From Lama glama (lineage: Eukaryota), in assembly GCA_028534125.1 (NCBI GenBank), contig CM052838.1:62930001-62994000 (forward strand): a DNA stretch of 64,000 nucleotides, in the 5' to 3' direction. Below the pieces are notes generated by a model. That model was not told the origin of the DNA. It did not search any database and was given only the letters and a program-made list of their open reading frames with translations. The translations under genes were made by a program, and so were the position numbers. Positions 36,430 through 49,310 of this stretch are shown here, piece after piece. Position 1 is the first letter of the stretch; every line of letters starts with the position of its first letter.

Positions 36430-37200
36430 ACCAAAGAGGACTCAAGTACCTCAACTTCATCTTTCTCTCTCCTCACATCCAGCGCATCAGCAAATTGTTA
36501 GCAATGCTTGGAAGCATCTCCAGGGCCTGCCGATGCCTCGCCACCTCCTGCGCCACCAGCTGCCAAAGGGCCTGGACGGAGCCACAGCCTCCTGCCTGCT
36601 CTCCTTGCAGCCTGACCTCCACTGAGTGGCCAGAGGGATCCTTTAAAAATTTAATCAGACCACTTAAAATTCAAATTACTTCTCTGCTCAAAAACTTCTA
36701 GAAACTTCTCCAAGCTTCCTTTTCTCTTCCAGCCCTTTTGCTCCCCAACACACACACCTGACCTCACTGATCTCATCAACCCCCCTCTCTCCCTTCTCCA
36801 GCCCTATTCACTTCCTTGTGGAGCCTGACAAGCCACACGTGCCCCAGGGCCTTTGCACTGTCTGCTGGCCCTGCCCAACTCTTTTCCTGCCAGCTAGTCA
36901 TGTGACTTGTTCCCTCTCTGCATTCAGGTCTTGCTTCAAATGCCAGCTTAACTCGTCAGCTTCCCTGACCACCACAGAAAACAGCTGTCTGCTGGCATCT
37001 CTCCTGCCCTCAGCTCCCACTTTACTTTTCTCCGTGGGACTCACTGCCATCTCTTGTTCTCCACTATTGCCTGCCTTCCTCTGCTCGGATAGTGGAGCTC
37101 AGACTGGACACTCGGGGGTTCTTCTCTGGGCTGTATCTACCGTGCCTAGAACAGTGTTTGCCGAGTGTCGACTGAATACATATTTACCAATGGATGAACA
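36430..37200 (+). mobile_element. L2 3' portion
   Basis: gccagagggatcctttaaaaa..tcaga, ccccagggcctttgcactg, gtgcctagaacagtg..tgaatacatattt..tggatgaa. Confidence 0.85.
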
Positions 37201-37319
37201 AAGTCACAATGCCAAGTACCAGGCACCGGAAATAAATTCCCAGGATTTGAGGCTGAAGTAAGGGAAAAGAAGGATGTCTAGAAGAGAACAGCACCCTGGT
37301 CTTCCATGAGGAAGTCAAA

Positions 37320-38330
37320 AAGACAGCGTCAATGGGATGGTAGTAAGTAAAATGTTAACTGGCTAAAAATCTACGTATGGTGTTTTGAGATCACAGTAGT
37401 AGTAAGAATGGAACATTTGCTTTCCAGATAATTTAGTGTTAGATCCAGGTAGATTATGGTTAATGCATCAAAAACCATAAGTGATAAAGCTTCTCAAAAG
37501 GCCAGCAGCAGACTGTGGTCGTGATTACATCAGTGACAGCAGTTTAATAAATTCACCCATCAAAACAGTCAAGTCCTGCGTGGATTAAAAACTAACAAGA
37601 CATTGCCTACTAGACATCCTCTTATACAAAAAGAAAGAATTAAAAATAGACAAGGAAGACAGATAAAGCATGCTTAATTTTTTAAAAATTAGATAAAAGA
37701 TCAATTTATTTTGATAAAATATTGAAAAGAATGAATGCATGACATTAATTAAACTTCTTGAACAGGGTCAGATAATATAGCATCAGGGTATTTTAAATAA
37801 AATCTATTTTAAAAAAGGCAGTGGAGATGGTTGGGTAATAAAAAACCGCAATTACAAGGAGAGACATTAATTTACTATTAGTGGGAAAAACAGATAAAAC
37901 GAGGGCAGAGGGAAAGTTGTTAAAATAAATAATAAGAGCAAACAGACATGCAGGCCTCTTTTACCAAACAGGAATTACTCGTATGTATGAACAATTTTCT
38001 GTAACAAGGGAGAATATAAATAAAAATGGTAAAATCATCCAATTAAAAGATTACCCTTTGATCCAAGTATAAAAGCAGATGGACACTAAACAAAGCCCCA
38101 AAGAAAATCTAAATGAACTTCAAAGAACAGAAGCTTCCAGAGACCTTATTCTTTAGTAGACAGAGGAAAAAAAAGAACTCAGAAATGCTAGAAATGAGAA
38201 ATACATCCAAGAGCTAGTTCTTTGAAAGTAAGAGCAAAAACAACAGCATTTACACATCACTGGCAAGCCTGGCCAAAGCGGAAAGGGAGGCAAACACACA
38301 CCACGTTAGAAATGAAAGGAGGGGATAAAT
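37320..38330 (+). mobile_element. Very old L1 ORF2 (endonuclease-region) fragment
   Basis: A-rich sense L1 composition; agagctagttctttgaaa..ctggcaagcctgg. Confidence 0.7.
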
Positions 38331-38721
38331 AATAATAAACTAGTTTTTGGAGGCTTCTCTGCTCTGTTGTTTCTTCCGAGACCTGGACTGGGGCTCCCAG
38401 CTTCTGCAGGGCTCACGGTTTGGGGGTCTTTCTCAGTTGGATGTGGGCGGGTCGCAGGTCCTGATACTTGGGTGCGGGTTCTTTCGGGGGCCAGCGCCAT
38501 CCCTGGTTCCAGAAGGAGCAGAAGGTATGTGTCTGGGCAGGTGTGTTCCAGCTGTACGTGGGGTCAGCTCAGATAGCTGAGTTTGGAGAAGGGAATATTT
38601 GATGTTGTTAAGAGTGTCTCTCATCTTCCACCCTGGAGCAGAAGGGAACCCTCCTGATGTCAGCCTGTAATCTTTCTTAAATGTCACAACGGGCCAACTC
38701 TAGATTTCACCCTTGAGTGTG

Positions 38722-39070
38722 TGGCGATAGTCAGGTTGGGCTGCCACAGCAAAGGGCCGCAGGCTGGGGCCTTGAACAGACTTCCTCTCCTCACAGTCCT
38801 GGAGGCTGGAAGCCTGAGATCGAGGTGCCAGCATGGGCAGGTTCTGGGGAGAGCTCTCTCCTCCAGGCCCACAGAAGGCCGACATTCACTGTGTCCTCAC
38901 GTGGAGACAGACTGAGCTGCCTGGTGTCCCTTCTTGTAAGGGCACCCATCCCAGCAGGAGGGCCCCGTCCTCCCCGCCTCATCCACATCCAGTCACGTCC
39001 CAGAGACGCCATCTCCTAGCCACCTTGGGAGCTGAGGCTTCAGTGTGGGAATCCGGGGGACCCAGTTTGG
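38722..39070 (-). mobile_element. MaLR solo LTR (MLT1A0-like)
   Basis: ctcacagtcctggaggctggaagcctgagatcgaggtgccagcatgggcaggttctggggagagc..cttcttgtaagggcacccatccc. Confidence 0.85.
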
Positions 39071-39149
39071 ACGACGGCAGGTGGGTTCTGCCATTCTGGC
39101 TTCCAGACACGTCCTGAACTGCATGCTTCAAACGGCTGTGACAGTTCAG

Positions 39150-39345
39150 CCTAGATTTATGACATGAAAAGTAAGAAACAAATAGTGAAAATGGAAGAAA
39201 ACAAACAGAAGGGGATTGTTTGTAGATGACAGAAGTATTTAACTAGAAAATCCAAAGTCATCATAATTTAAAACTAATAGAAATAGGGAAATGGTTAAAT
39301 ACGACCACCAAAAAATCAAATGAGCGCCTTTCCTGCTGCAACAAC
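39150..39345 (+). mobile_element. Old L1 ORF2 RT fragment
   Basis: ttt gta gat gac (FVDD, cf. FADD) at 39219-39230, followed by ctagaaaatccaaa (LENP). Confidence 0.6.
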
Positions 39346-39691
39346 TGGGTGGATTTCCCCCTCCCCAAAAGCCATCCCACCAAGGAAGAAAATCAGAAGA
39401 ATGTTGTATGTCTCTCGGGGTGATGGTGCGAGTGTGTGCGTGTATGTGAGTGCATACACGTGCCTGTGTACGCCTGTGCCGTGCCAGACCTTTTTGTCTT
39501 CACCACTGCCAGCAGCAGGGGCCACTAGCACGGAGAGGCCTGGGGGATCCCAACTCGCTTCTCAGGTGAGTGGCCGTGGGCCTCAGTGCCCACCTGGGTG
39601 CCCCCTTGGAGCCATAAGCCAGGCTCCAGTCCTTCCCAGGGAAGGTGGCTCCTGGCCATTGGGCTCCCAATGCTAGGAAATCACCTGCTTT

Positions 39692-40183
39692 TGAGGTGGG
39701 AAGCCCCATAAAAAGACAGGCAGGACCCCCAGGCAGGGCCACTACTCTCCTGCCGGCACCATCCGGTTCCCTGACCCAGAGGCTCTATCTCACTTTTTGC
39801 CTCTGAAACAGCTTACTTCCCCCTAAAAGTCTATTGGTTCCCTGAGCTCACTTCTGATTGGTTATTTCCTTCACTCCTGATTGGTCCATTTCCTTCACTC
39901 CTGATTGGTTATCTCTCTCCCTCCTGATTGGTCCATTTCTACAAAGCTTGTTCCTAATTAGTCAACTTTTGTTACACCTTATTTGCAAATGATGTTGCAA
40001 AGTGTAAACTGGCAGCTTATAAAAGCCTGTGTAAACCTACAGATGGGGTCCAGCGCTTGGAGTGTTAACTGTTCTGGGCCCGCTGGCATAATGAACCTGA
40101 GTTCTCCAACTCTGAGTGCTGCTTGGTCTCTCGCCGGGATCCAGGTTGCTGCCACAACTGCGCTGTAATACTGAGCTGTAACA
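39692..40183 (+). mobile_element. ERV1-class solo LTR (~492 bp) with tandem CCAAT array
   Basis: TG..TGTAACA ends, candidate TSD cttt/tttt, five ATTGG boxes, TATAAAA 40018-40024; R/U5 similar to LTR 6069-6533. Confidence 0.8.
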
Positions 40184-43079
40184 TTTTTTCTGCAACGCTT
40201 TGACCCGTTATGGTGAGCACGCCATGTGCGCCTTCCGCTCTCAGGAGGACAGAGTCCACCACGCGGTGAAGGAGAACAAACCAATTAAAAACTGGAGGAA
40301 GTGCCAAGTGGGGTTCTGGGTGGCACGTTCCCCCTCGCTGCTGGCACCCCCCACGTGCACAGGCCCTGAGCACACCGAACGTGGGACTCGAACTGCATTC
40401 TTGGGTGTTCCCCTGCCCCATCACCTCTCTGCAGAGCCCGACCCGCCTCCCGGGGTCCGGGTTTGCGTGTGCAGGGGCGGCTCGTGTCAGCTCTGTGTTT
40501 CTCCTCACTCCCTCTTTGCTGACACCGGTGTCAGGGCGGAAGGGCAGGAGGACTTCAGTCTCTGAGCCATGTTTCCCCCCCAGGTTTCCTGAGAAATAAT
40601 GTACACACACTGCACGACCTTTAAGAGCCTGGAGCAGGAGGCGCCCGGCATGGCTTTCCGCCCTGCCGCCTGCATTCTGCACCGCGTCGTCTGTCCTGCT
40701 ACAACCCGCTGGGCGGGAGGCTGTGGTGCAGGAGAGCACCCCAGGCCTTCTCTCCGTGCCGCGAGGAGGAGCCTTCCCGCCGGCACCCGGCTTCATCCTT
40801 CTCCCCCTGCCTCTTCTGCTCCATTCCTGTCTGCTGCTCACACCTCCAGCCCCATCCATTTATGTCGGGGCTCCCGGTCCCTGGCGCCCCAGTCCAGGGC
40901 CAGGCTGATGCGTGACTTTGAACTCCCCACCCCGGGGCCCTTGTTACCAGTTGACAGCTCACTTGACTGACCTCCTTTTAAGTCTCCCAAGTTTATCACG
41001 GCTCCACGCGCCAGCTTGATCATTTTTCTCCTGCCTCCCTTGTCTGCCGCCGTTGCTTCCAGGGCATTTCCAGCAAGTCACTCTGCAGACCCTCTGTCAT
41101 CTGAGGGGGAGCAAGGCCGGCAGCTTGCTGAGCTGACATTTAAGTGCTGTTTGGCTGACAAGAATCCCCAAAGGTGAAACACGAGCAAGAACGTGCCCCA
41201 GTGGGGGTGCTGGGGCTCTGTTGGCAAAAACTTGCATCTCGTCTGGCCGCCGGCATGGGCCCGAATCTGCCCGCCAGCCTCCCCTGCAGGTGGAGGGGTG
41301 AGAGTCGAGGCCCACTGAACACCAGGAAGTGTCCTAATGCATCACAATTACAGAAACACCTGTGCTAAATACCTTTGTGTGGGTCGGGTGTGCGAATTCA
41401 CGGGGTGTTCAGTTGCCTCGGAATTTCTCATTTCTGTGCCGTCAACAAGCCGCAGGTGTGCACGGCATGAGCCGGCGAGGCTGGGGTTCGGAGGTCTGTG
41501 CTGACAGATCTGCTTCCAGCGTGCATTTGTCCTCACCGACGCCGACACCCCATTACACTCAGTGTTTACACAGGGCTCGGAGGAGATCTGTCACGTTGGG
41601 CCCTCTTGGCTCTTGGAGTCCCAGGAAGGGAGGGGAGAGCAGAATCTGGAGGCGTTGAGGGGATGGCGCCCCTTGGGCACTCAGGTGGGCCTGCTGCTGG
41701 TGGAGGCTTATCTGGTGGAAAATGGGGAGCCAGGGCTCGTTCCACAAGCAGCATCTGGTCCAGAGAGCAGACAGCTGAGGAGAGACAGGCCTGTGGCCAC
41801 ATCTGGCCCATGGACATAATTTAAAAAATATTGGCGATCATTACTGACATTAGATGTTAAGAAGGTTCACCTATTAAATCTAGATTTCTGGCTTTTGTGG
41901 AATAATCAACAAGACACTCCAAGGGTCTAAATCTCCCGTTAAAGCCCGAGCCTCGGCCCCTGTGGAAGGTGTACCCACGCTGGCCTGTTTCGTGCGCCTC
42001 GGTCCCTTGAGGGCCCCCGCAGGTGGCGGAGGACTGGGTGCTAACCGGCTAGAGCACCGTCCTCTCCACACGCGCGCCCACACGTTTTCTGTGTGTCCTA
42101 CATCTTTGCTCTGCTTGCTGTTAAATCTGGCAGCCCCGCTTATATTTCTAAGGATGATGCCTGAGTTCTCAAGGTTTCTCTGTGCGCCCTAGTTTCCTGG
42201 GCAGCGGTCCAGCTCGACACACCTGGATCAGGCCCCAGGCGCTGGACGGGGCTGTCAGGGGCCTGGGGTGGCATCCCCTCCTCTAATTGGCCGTCAGTGT
42301 TCCCTCTGGGCACCCCTGAGCTCCACGCAGCTGCTGGCCGTGGTCTGGCTTCCTGACGAGAGAAACGCCATCCCTAGTGCATGGAGCTTCGGCCACTTTG
42401 GTAACGGAGGAGGTTCCACGGGCTGCTGGAAGGTGTGATGGCCTCAGCGCGCCATGAGCTTGTCCTGATGGTTCACACACTCAACAAGTCCAGTGACGTC
42501 CTTCTAGGTGCATCAGGTACCACAAAGGATAGAATAAATGTTCATTTATTGAGCATCTACTGTGTGCTGAGAGCCACACTGGACGCAGCAGCACAGTGGT
42601 GAGCTGATCAGCTGTAGATTCTGCCCTTGAGCTTCAAGCTCACTGACAGCGATGGAAGCGGGGCCCAGGGGCTCTCGGCAGGAGGGGTGCTCGAGCGAGG
42701 CCGTCAGAAAATGCTTCCTGGCCATGGTGCCACGTGAGGCCTGGCAGGACATGACCATTCCAGGCGGGGAACGGTGGCCGCGTGGCTGTCTGGAGGCCAG
42801 AGGCTCCTCAGGAGGTTGGCCTGGGCGGGGGGCAGGGTGGATGAGCTCCCCGCCTGAAGGAAGAAGGGCGACCACCTGGCTCGTGCCTCTTCCTCCTCTC
42901 CTCTCTCTGGAGGGCACTGTCCCCAGTGGGTCATTTGGTGACAGTTCTTCGTTTGACCTGTGCACATGTCCTCTGCCCTCGCTGCCTCTCCATCTCTCTA
43001 TGAGCAAGGCAAAGCCACAAGCCTGGTTCCTATAATAGTGACATAGTGATAGGTCTACAGAGGTTCCTAGAAGCCTGCA

Positions 43080-43420
43080 GAGGGATGGCTTTGAGCAGCT
43101 CAGGAACGCTTGTGGCATAAATGACAACCATTCTATTGCCCACCATGGTTTTGTGGGTAGGAATTTGGGCAGGGATTGGCTAGTTGAGTCTCCTCTTCTA
43201 CGGTGTTGAACAATGTTACCCAGTGATATTCAGTTGGAGGGTCCAGAAGGGTTTCATTCACACACCTGGCTTTTTGGCAGGGATGGGCAGAAGGCTGGGC
43301 TTAGTGGGGACTGTGACCAGTGCCTCCATGTAGCCCAGGGCAGGCGTCCCAGAAGAACAAGGCAGCAGCTGCACGGCCCTTTATCACCTAACTTTAGAAG
43401 TCACAGAATGTCTCTAGGGC
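43080..43420 (-). mobile_element. MaLR LTR fragment (MLT1G/H-like)
   Basis: atggttttgtgggtaggaatttgggcaggg..ggagggtccagaagggtttcattcacac..aaggcagcagctgcacggcc. Confidence 0.65.
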
Positions 43421-43544
43421 ACAGGGATGGATGGGCTGCAGCTGGTCAGGTAGAAGTTCTCCAGGTACCTCGGATTCCCCATCAGCTTCATGAATTGCCA
43501 GTTCATTTGCCATTAGAGAAAGTGAAGAAGGAAAACTGACCAAA

Positions 43545-43788
43545 GGGATGGAGAGAGGCAGGAGTGGCGGGGGAGACAGGCAGAGGCTGGAATGGAGCCA
43601 GGAGCGGCAGGGGTGGCCAGCTGCCGCTGGGAGCGGGGAGGAAGGCTGGGGAGGTTTCTCCCTCCGAGCCCCAGGAGGAGCCAGCACTGCCCACACCTGG
43701 ATTTTGGACTTCTGGTCTCCAGACTGTGAGCGCACACATGTCTCTTGTTTCCAGCCACCCACATTGTGCTGGGGTGGAAACTGAGACA
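43545..43788 (+). mobile_element. MaLR LTR fragment (MLT1C/D-like)
   Basis: ggagccagcactgcccacacctggattttggacttctggtctccagactgtgag..ttgtttccagccaccc. Confidence 0.8.
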
Positions 43789-43809
43789 ACGGCCGGGAAA
43801 TCAAGGGGT

Positions 43810-44480
43810 TTAGCAGCATGGGATTCATTAGCATAAAATAAATAAGCAGAGTATTTAATTCTTTAAAATTTTATTGCATTTGGACCCATTGCCCGGTCCG
43901 TCTTACTGTTGACTAACTGAACAGATACATGAAGGCTGTTTTTAATAAACAAAGGTGAGGCGCTTGCAACACCGCTTGTGGGACAGCCGAGGGCGGTCAC
44001 CCCCAGCTGGAGCCCGCGGGCCACGCAGAATCCGGCGTTTCCAAACGGTTCCAACTTCCGCTGTGACTGGAGGCTGGAGCCCAACTCTTTTGCAAATCTT
44101 GCTTCTGAATCATCTTCACAAACTCTGTTTTGGGTAAAAGACAGAAATCTATCAAACACCGCGCAGATTAACTTATCACAGAGCTAAACGGGCTGTCAGT
44201 GCGGGGAGCGCGTGCTTGGCCCAGTGAATTCAAATGCATGTAAATTTCCCCGGTGGCAAAGTTGAGGACGGTGGAGCTGTCAGACGGTGACATGCGGAAA
44301 TACATTAACAGTGTTTAGAATATATTTGAAGGGGCTGCCTCATATTTTGATAACATGTTCACCAACAGATGATTTGTGGAAGCTTGGAAATTCTGAACTC
44401 ATCGTCTGTTCCAGAGGAATCTTGGTAATGAGCCACCTCCCAGGATGTTGGGGGTTTTAGAGAAGTTCTAAAGCAATTAA
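43810..44480. promoter_or_regulatory. Candidate conserved non-coding element
   Basis: TTCATTAGCATAAAAT, GATTAACTTATC, CTGTCA at 44193 and 44277, CATTAAC, CAATTAAC; retained CpGs. Confidence 0.45.
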
Positions 44481-45696
44481 CAGTGCCAGCCCAGCCTGGT
44501 GAAGGTCCCCCGTGCCACTGGCGGGCGGAGCCGGGGTTCTGATGGCTCTGCTTGCGGCTGCTGCTCCAGCTCACGGAGAAGGTGACTGGAACTTAAAGAG
44601 AATCCGTTGTGTTGTGTTGTACACTGGTGCTGCGCTCCCCAGCAACAGAAAGCCGCCAGGTCCTCCGTTCTGCACCTTGCGGGGCTTGATGTTTTTGTCT
44701 TGTGCGTTTACTTGGAAACTAGATGTCCCTGACTTAATGTAATTATTCTCAGTGTTGAAGGAAAGAGCATTACTAAGAGCTGTCTGCTTAAAGGAACGGG
44801 GACACATCTGTTCATGATGCGAGTCAGTTTTAGTTCTTACAGACTTGCTGGATGTCTCCTGAATTTTCAAGTGAGGCCACAGAGATACGTAATTCTTGAA
44901 CGGTAAATGTGGGTTCCGTGTATCCTCCAGCTTCCCTGAATCAGAGGGTCAAGTCCTTCTGCAAAGACAGCTGGCTGTCTCCTGCCGTGTCCTAGGTCCT
45001 TTCATCTGCCACTAGCCACACAGGATCCTAATTCCCTTCCAGTTCCAAACTCCCCACCTCCCCTTTCATGTGCCAGCCTGTCTTCAAACTTGACTCTCCA
45101 GGGTCAGCCTTACCTGATGAGGAAGAGGTGTGATGGGGCAGCTGCCCTGCCTGGAGCAAGAAGTAAATGCACCAGTATCCACGGGCTACACAAACAGATT
45201 GTAGCTTCTTTCTTGATGTATTCTTTTAAAATCATACATATTCATGTCTGCATTTATTTGACATGAAATAAGTCTTGTTTCCTGTCTTACTAGCTGTGCA
45301 AACACAATTCTAAAACTCCATGATGAGGGTCATGGTGGCAGAAGGTACAGAAGGCTCTGGGAGCATAGAGGAGTGGTACCTAGTAAGCCGCTGGAGAGAC
45401 ATGAGGGCAGGCGACTGCCAGAGGCCGGGAGCTGGCCGGGTGCAGACGGCTCTGAAGGGTGATCACGGCAGAGACTCACAGGTTTAAAGGAATGAGAGAC
45501 TGACTTTCATTATGCACCTACTCTGTGCTACATCCTGGTAATAAGTTTGAGGATTTGGAGAGAAAAGATTAACCTCTTTTCTCAAGGAGGTCACTGGAGA
45601 TACGTGCTGACTGATATGTGAACCGTCCGTCACAAAGGCAGCACTGAAAACACCTACCTTTCCAGCGTTAAGTGTAAGGTAACCAGCCCTCTATAG

Positions 45697-45901
45697 CAGG
45701 GGTCCTCAGCCTGGGCGCTGCTGGCATCTGGGGTGGGGAGATCTGCACTGGGGAGAGCTGTCCTTTGTGTTGCTGTTTTGCCATATCTGAGGCCTCTATG
45801 TAGGACATGCTGGTGGCAACCCCCAGCCCCCAAGTTATGACAAAAATACATCCAGAAATTGCCAAGGGACATTGCCAAATGTCCCTGACTGAGAACCACT
45901 A
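45697..45901. mobile_element. MER20 (hAT-Charlie MITE)
   Basis: caggggtcctcagcct..ggacattgccaaatgtccc..tgagaaccact; 8-bp TSD ctctatag (45689-45696) / ctctacag (45902-45909). Confidence 0.88.
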
Positions 45902-48099
45902 CTCTACAGTCAGAAGAAGGGACAGTGACAAAGCTCTTTATCTTCCTTGTTCAACTAGGGCATGGGGGCTATACAGAGGAGGGCTGAAGTTTTAATGGCT
46001 CAGACAAGCAAGAGAGTATTACTTTCTCACAAGACGGTGCAAAGTCACTGGGCGCCCCAGAGTTGGCAGGCTGTACCACTCCGTGAGCTGTTCAGAGTCC
46101 CAGGTGTTTTCACCCTGCTACTCTAGCCTACGGTGTGGCCCCAGGCTGCAGGTGGGACCCAGATCCCCCACCGGGTCTACCACCAGGCTCCAGGAAAGAG
46201 GAGAAGGGCAAGTAATTACAAGCAGCAATTTCCTTATGAAACTGTCATCAGGAAGCTGCTCACCTCACTTCTCAGTGGCTCAAGCACAGCCAGGTCACCA
46301 CACCTGTGTGGGTCAAGCGGGGGAGAGCAGGCTGCGGCCGGGAGGCCGGGGCCCCAGGTAGAATGCAGGAGGAAGTGACCGTTACAGGAGGAAGACGGGG
46401 GTGTGGGTCCTGGGGAAAGTGCGGAGTCTCTTCCACCTTCAGCAGAGCCTGACAGGGGAGTGCTGCGCACAGGTGCCGATCTAGGTCCCAGGCACCGGCA
46501 GGGAGTGAGACGGGCAGTCCTCATCCACATGGGACTTGTGCTCTAGCGGGGAGGGGAGAGGCTCACAGGTAAGCAAAGAAATGAATACAAGTTACGGTAA
46601 GTTCCTCGAAGGAATCCATCATAAACAGAGAAGACCTGGGTGGAGGGAACAACTTTGTGTAGAGTGTGTTGTTACATAGTACGTTATCATTCAGGTGCTG
46701 TTTAAAAATCCAGTTACATAGGCAGCAGGGTAGATGAAGCCAAAATGATTAAGATCTTTCCTCATCCAGAAAAGGAGGTGTTAGTAACACAATGGTGCAC
46801 GTAGTAGAGTAACCACTACATAGTGTCAAAAAGGAGCAGTGAATGAATGAGAACTGACAAAATACTAGAATGAAAAAAACGAACAAATGAAAAAATAAAA
46901 ATACTTAATCCCAAAGCAAGCAGGACAGGAAGGGAAAGAAAATTGAAGGTCGTAGCTAATGTAGGCAACAAAACTCTTGTAATAAGATGTTATAGTCGGA
47001 AGCAATAGATCAGTAATTGCTTAAATGTAACTGGGTTAAATACTCTTCGTTGAAGACAAAGATTATCAGGTTGTATAAAAAATTGTTAATTATGTGCTGT
47101 TTGGAGGAGACACCCTTATATGCAAGGACACAGAAATTTGGAAAGTAATCTGATGGTAAAATAGTCAATGAAAATACAAATCAAAGAAGACTGGCGGTTA
47201 TGGTAACAGGAGACAAAGTAGATAGTAAGGCATTGTCAGAGATAAAGTGGGGAATTGAAATAATAGATGAGTCACTCCGCCAGGAAGATAAAAAATTTAA
47301 AAATTGTATGTATCAAATAAGTTCAAAATTTGGCATAAAGGAGAAATAGTCAAATGTAAAATAAGTGGAAGATTTAACACACATTTTTCAGTAAATAATT
47401 GGATAAATAGACAAAAAATAAGTTTGGTGATTTGAATAACATGATTTGTAAATTAGATCTAATTGATGTATTTCAAGTTACAAATCTCAAAATATTTTCT
47501 ATGAAGATACAGATGGTCAGACAGACAGATAAATAGGTAACACTGCGCCAAAGAACTGCGAAATACGTATCTTTTCAAGTAATCAAGGCACATTTAAAAT
47601 TTACATAGTGGGTAGTAAAGTAAGTCAATAAATGTCTGCTGATTAAATTCAGACAGAGAATGTTCTCTGGCTGGAGGAAACCCCACGGGCTGGCAAATTA
47701 AGGGATATGCTTTTAAACTGCTGATATGTCAAAGAAAAAAAATAACAGTAGAAATTAGGAAATATTTCAAACTAAATAATAATGAAAAATCTACATATAA
47801 AAGCTTGTGGGATACATACAAAGCCATGATTGGGAGGAAATTTGCAGCCTTAATGTCTTGTATGATAAAAGAAGACAAACTGGCCATGAGCCACCAAGTA
47901 TCCAACGAAAGAAACAGAAAGTAGGAAAATAAAGAAATTAGGAAATAGGAAAATAATAAATTTAAAGGCAAAATTAAGGATTAGGACACAAAGTATGACA
48001 GAGAAACAACAAAGCCACAAGTTGGTTCTTTGAAAATTTTTATAAAATTTATTACTCCCTGGCAGAAAACTAGAAGACAAAAATACCAGTATTTGGAGG

Positions 48100-49310
48100 G
48101 AACTTTGATCTCTACCTCGCACGTAGACAAAAGTTAACTCAAAGCACTCATAGGCCTAAACATAAAACCTAAAGCTGTAAAAATTCTAGAAGATGACATG
48201 GAGAAACATCTTTGTAATTTTGGGTTAGGGCAAGATTCCTTCGATATATGTTCCATTAAAGAAAAATGACTGATAAATAGGACTCAATACTGAGAACACT
48301 GGCTCTTCAAAATAGGATGAAAAGATAGGTCACAAGTGGGAAAAATATTTGCAGGTCATATACTTTATTTATATACATATAATATAAAGTCATGTACTTT
48401 ATATTAAGAACTGTCAAAACTTAATGATAAGAAAACAACCTAATTTTTCAAATAAGCAAAAGATTTATACAAACACTTCACCAAATTATATATACAGATG
48501 TCTGAAATGCACTTGAAAAAAATGTTCAGCAATACTAGTCAATGGGGAAATGTAAATTAAAACCACAGTGAGGTACTACGTATTTATTAGAATGTCTATG
48601 ATTAAAAAGACTGTCCAACTCAGTACTGATGAAGGTTTGGAGCAACTGGAACTCTCACACTGTTGGTATAAAAGAATAGTTTAATTCTTGGAAAATATTT
48701 TGGTAGTTGCTTAGAAATTAAACATATACCTTCCTTCTACATAATTCTTTGGTATTCACCTAACAGAAATAAAAGTGCATGTCAGTACAAAGACTCATAT
48801 GTGAATGATCACAGAACCTTTGTGGTGACAGCCAAAAACTGGAAACAACTAAAATGCTCATCATCAGGTGAATGGATAAAGGAAAAGCAACACGCCACAC
48901 CATGGGATACTACTCGGCAAATAAAAGGGAAAGAGTTATTGGTACGTGCAAAAACATAGATTGATAATTACATGGGTGAATAGTCTTAAAGTACTCAAGC
49001 GGAGTAAAAAAGGCCAGACAAAAAGGGTATACCTAAGCTACAATTTCAGTTGTGTAAAATTCTAGAAAATGGAACTAATTTCCAGTGACAGAATGTAGAT
49101 CAAGTTTGCCTAAGGATGGAGTAGAGAAAGGCTAGGAGAAAGGAGATTAAAGGACATAGGGAAATTTTTAGGGATGATGGAAAAATATGTTATCTTGATT
49201 GCGGTGATTGCTTCACAGTATTTACATTGTGTTAAAACTTATTAAACAGTACATTCTAACATGTCCAACTTATTCTATGTCAATGACATATCAATGAAGC
49301 TGTTTAAAAA
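48100..49310 (+). mobile_element. L1MC/MD-like 3' end inserted in the L1 cluster
   Basis: ggcctaaacataaaacctaaagctgtaaaaattctagaaga..aggtgaatggataaa..tatgtcaatgacatatcaatgaagctgtttaaaaa. Confidence 0.85.

Noticed and set aside
39849-39940. Regularly spaced repeats superficially like a CRISPR array
   Set aside because: Contiguous tandem units without unique spacers, inside a mammalian LTR.
40065-40859. Longest ORF in the track (264 aa, minus strand)
   Set aside because: GC-rich low-information translation overlapping an LTR; no domain or splice support.
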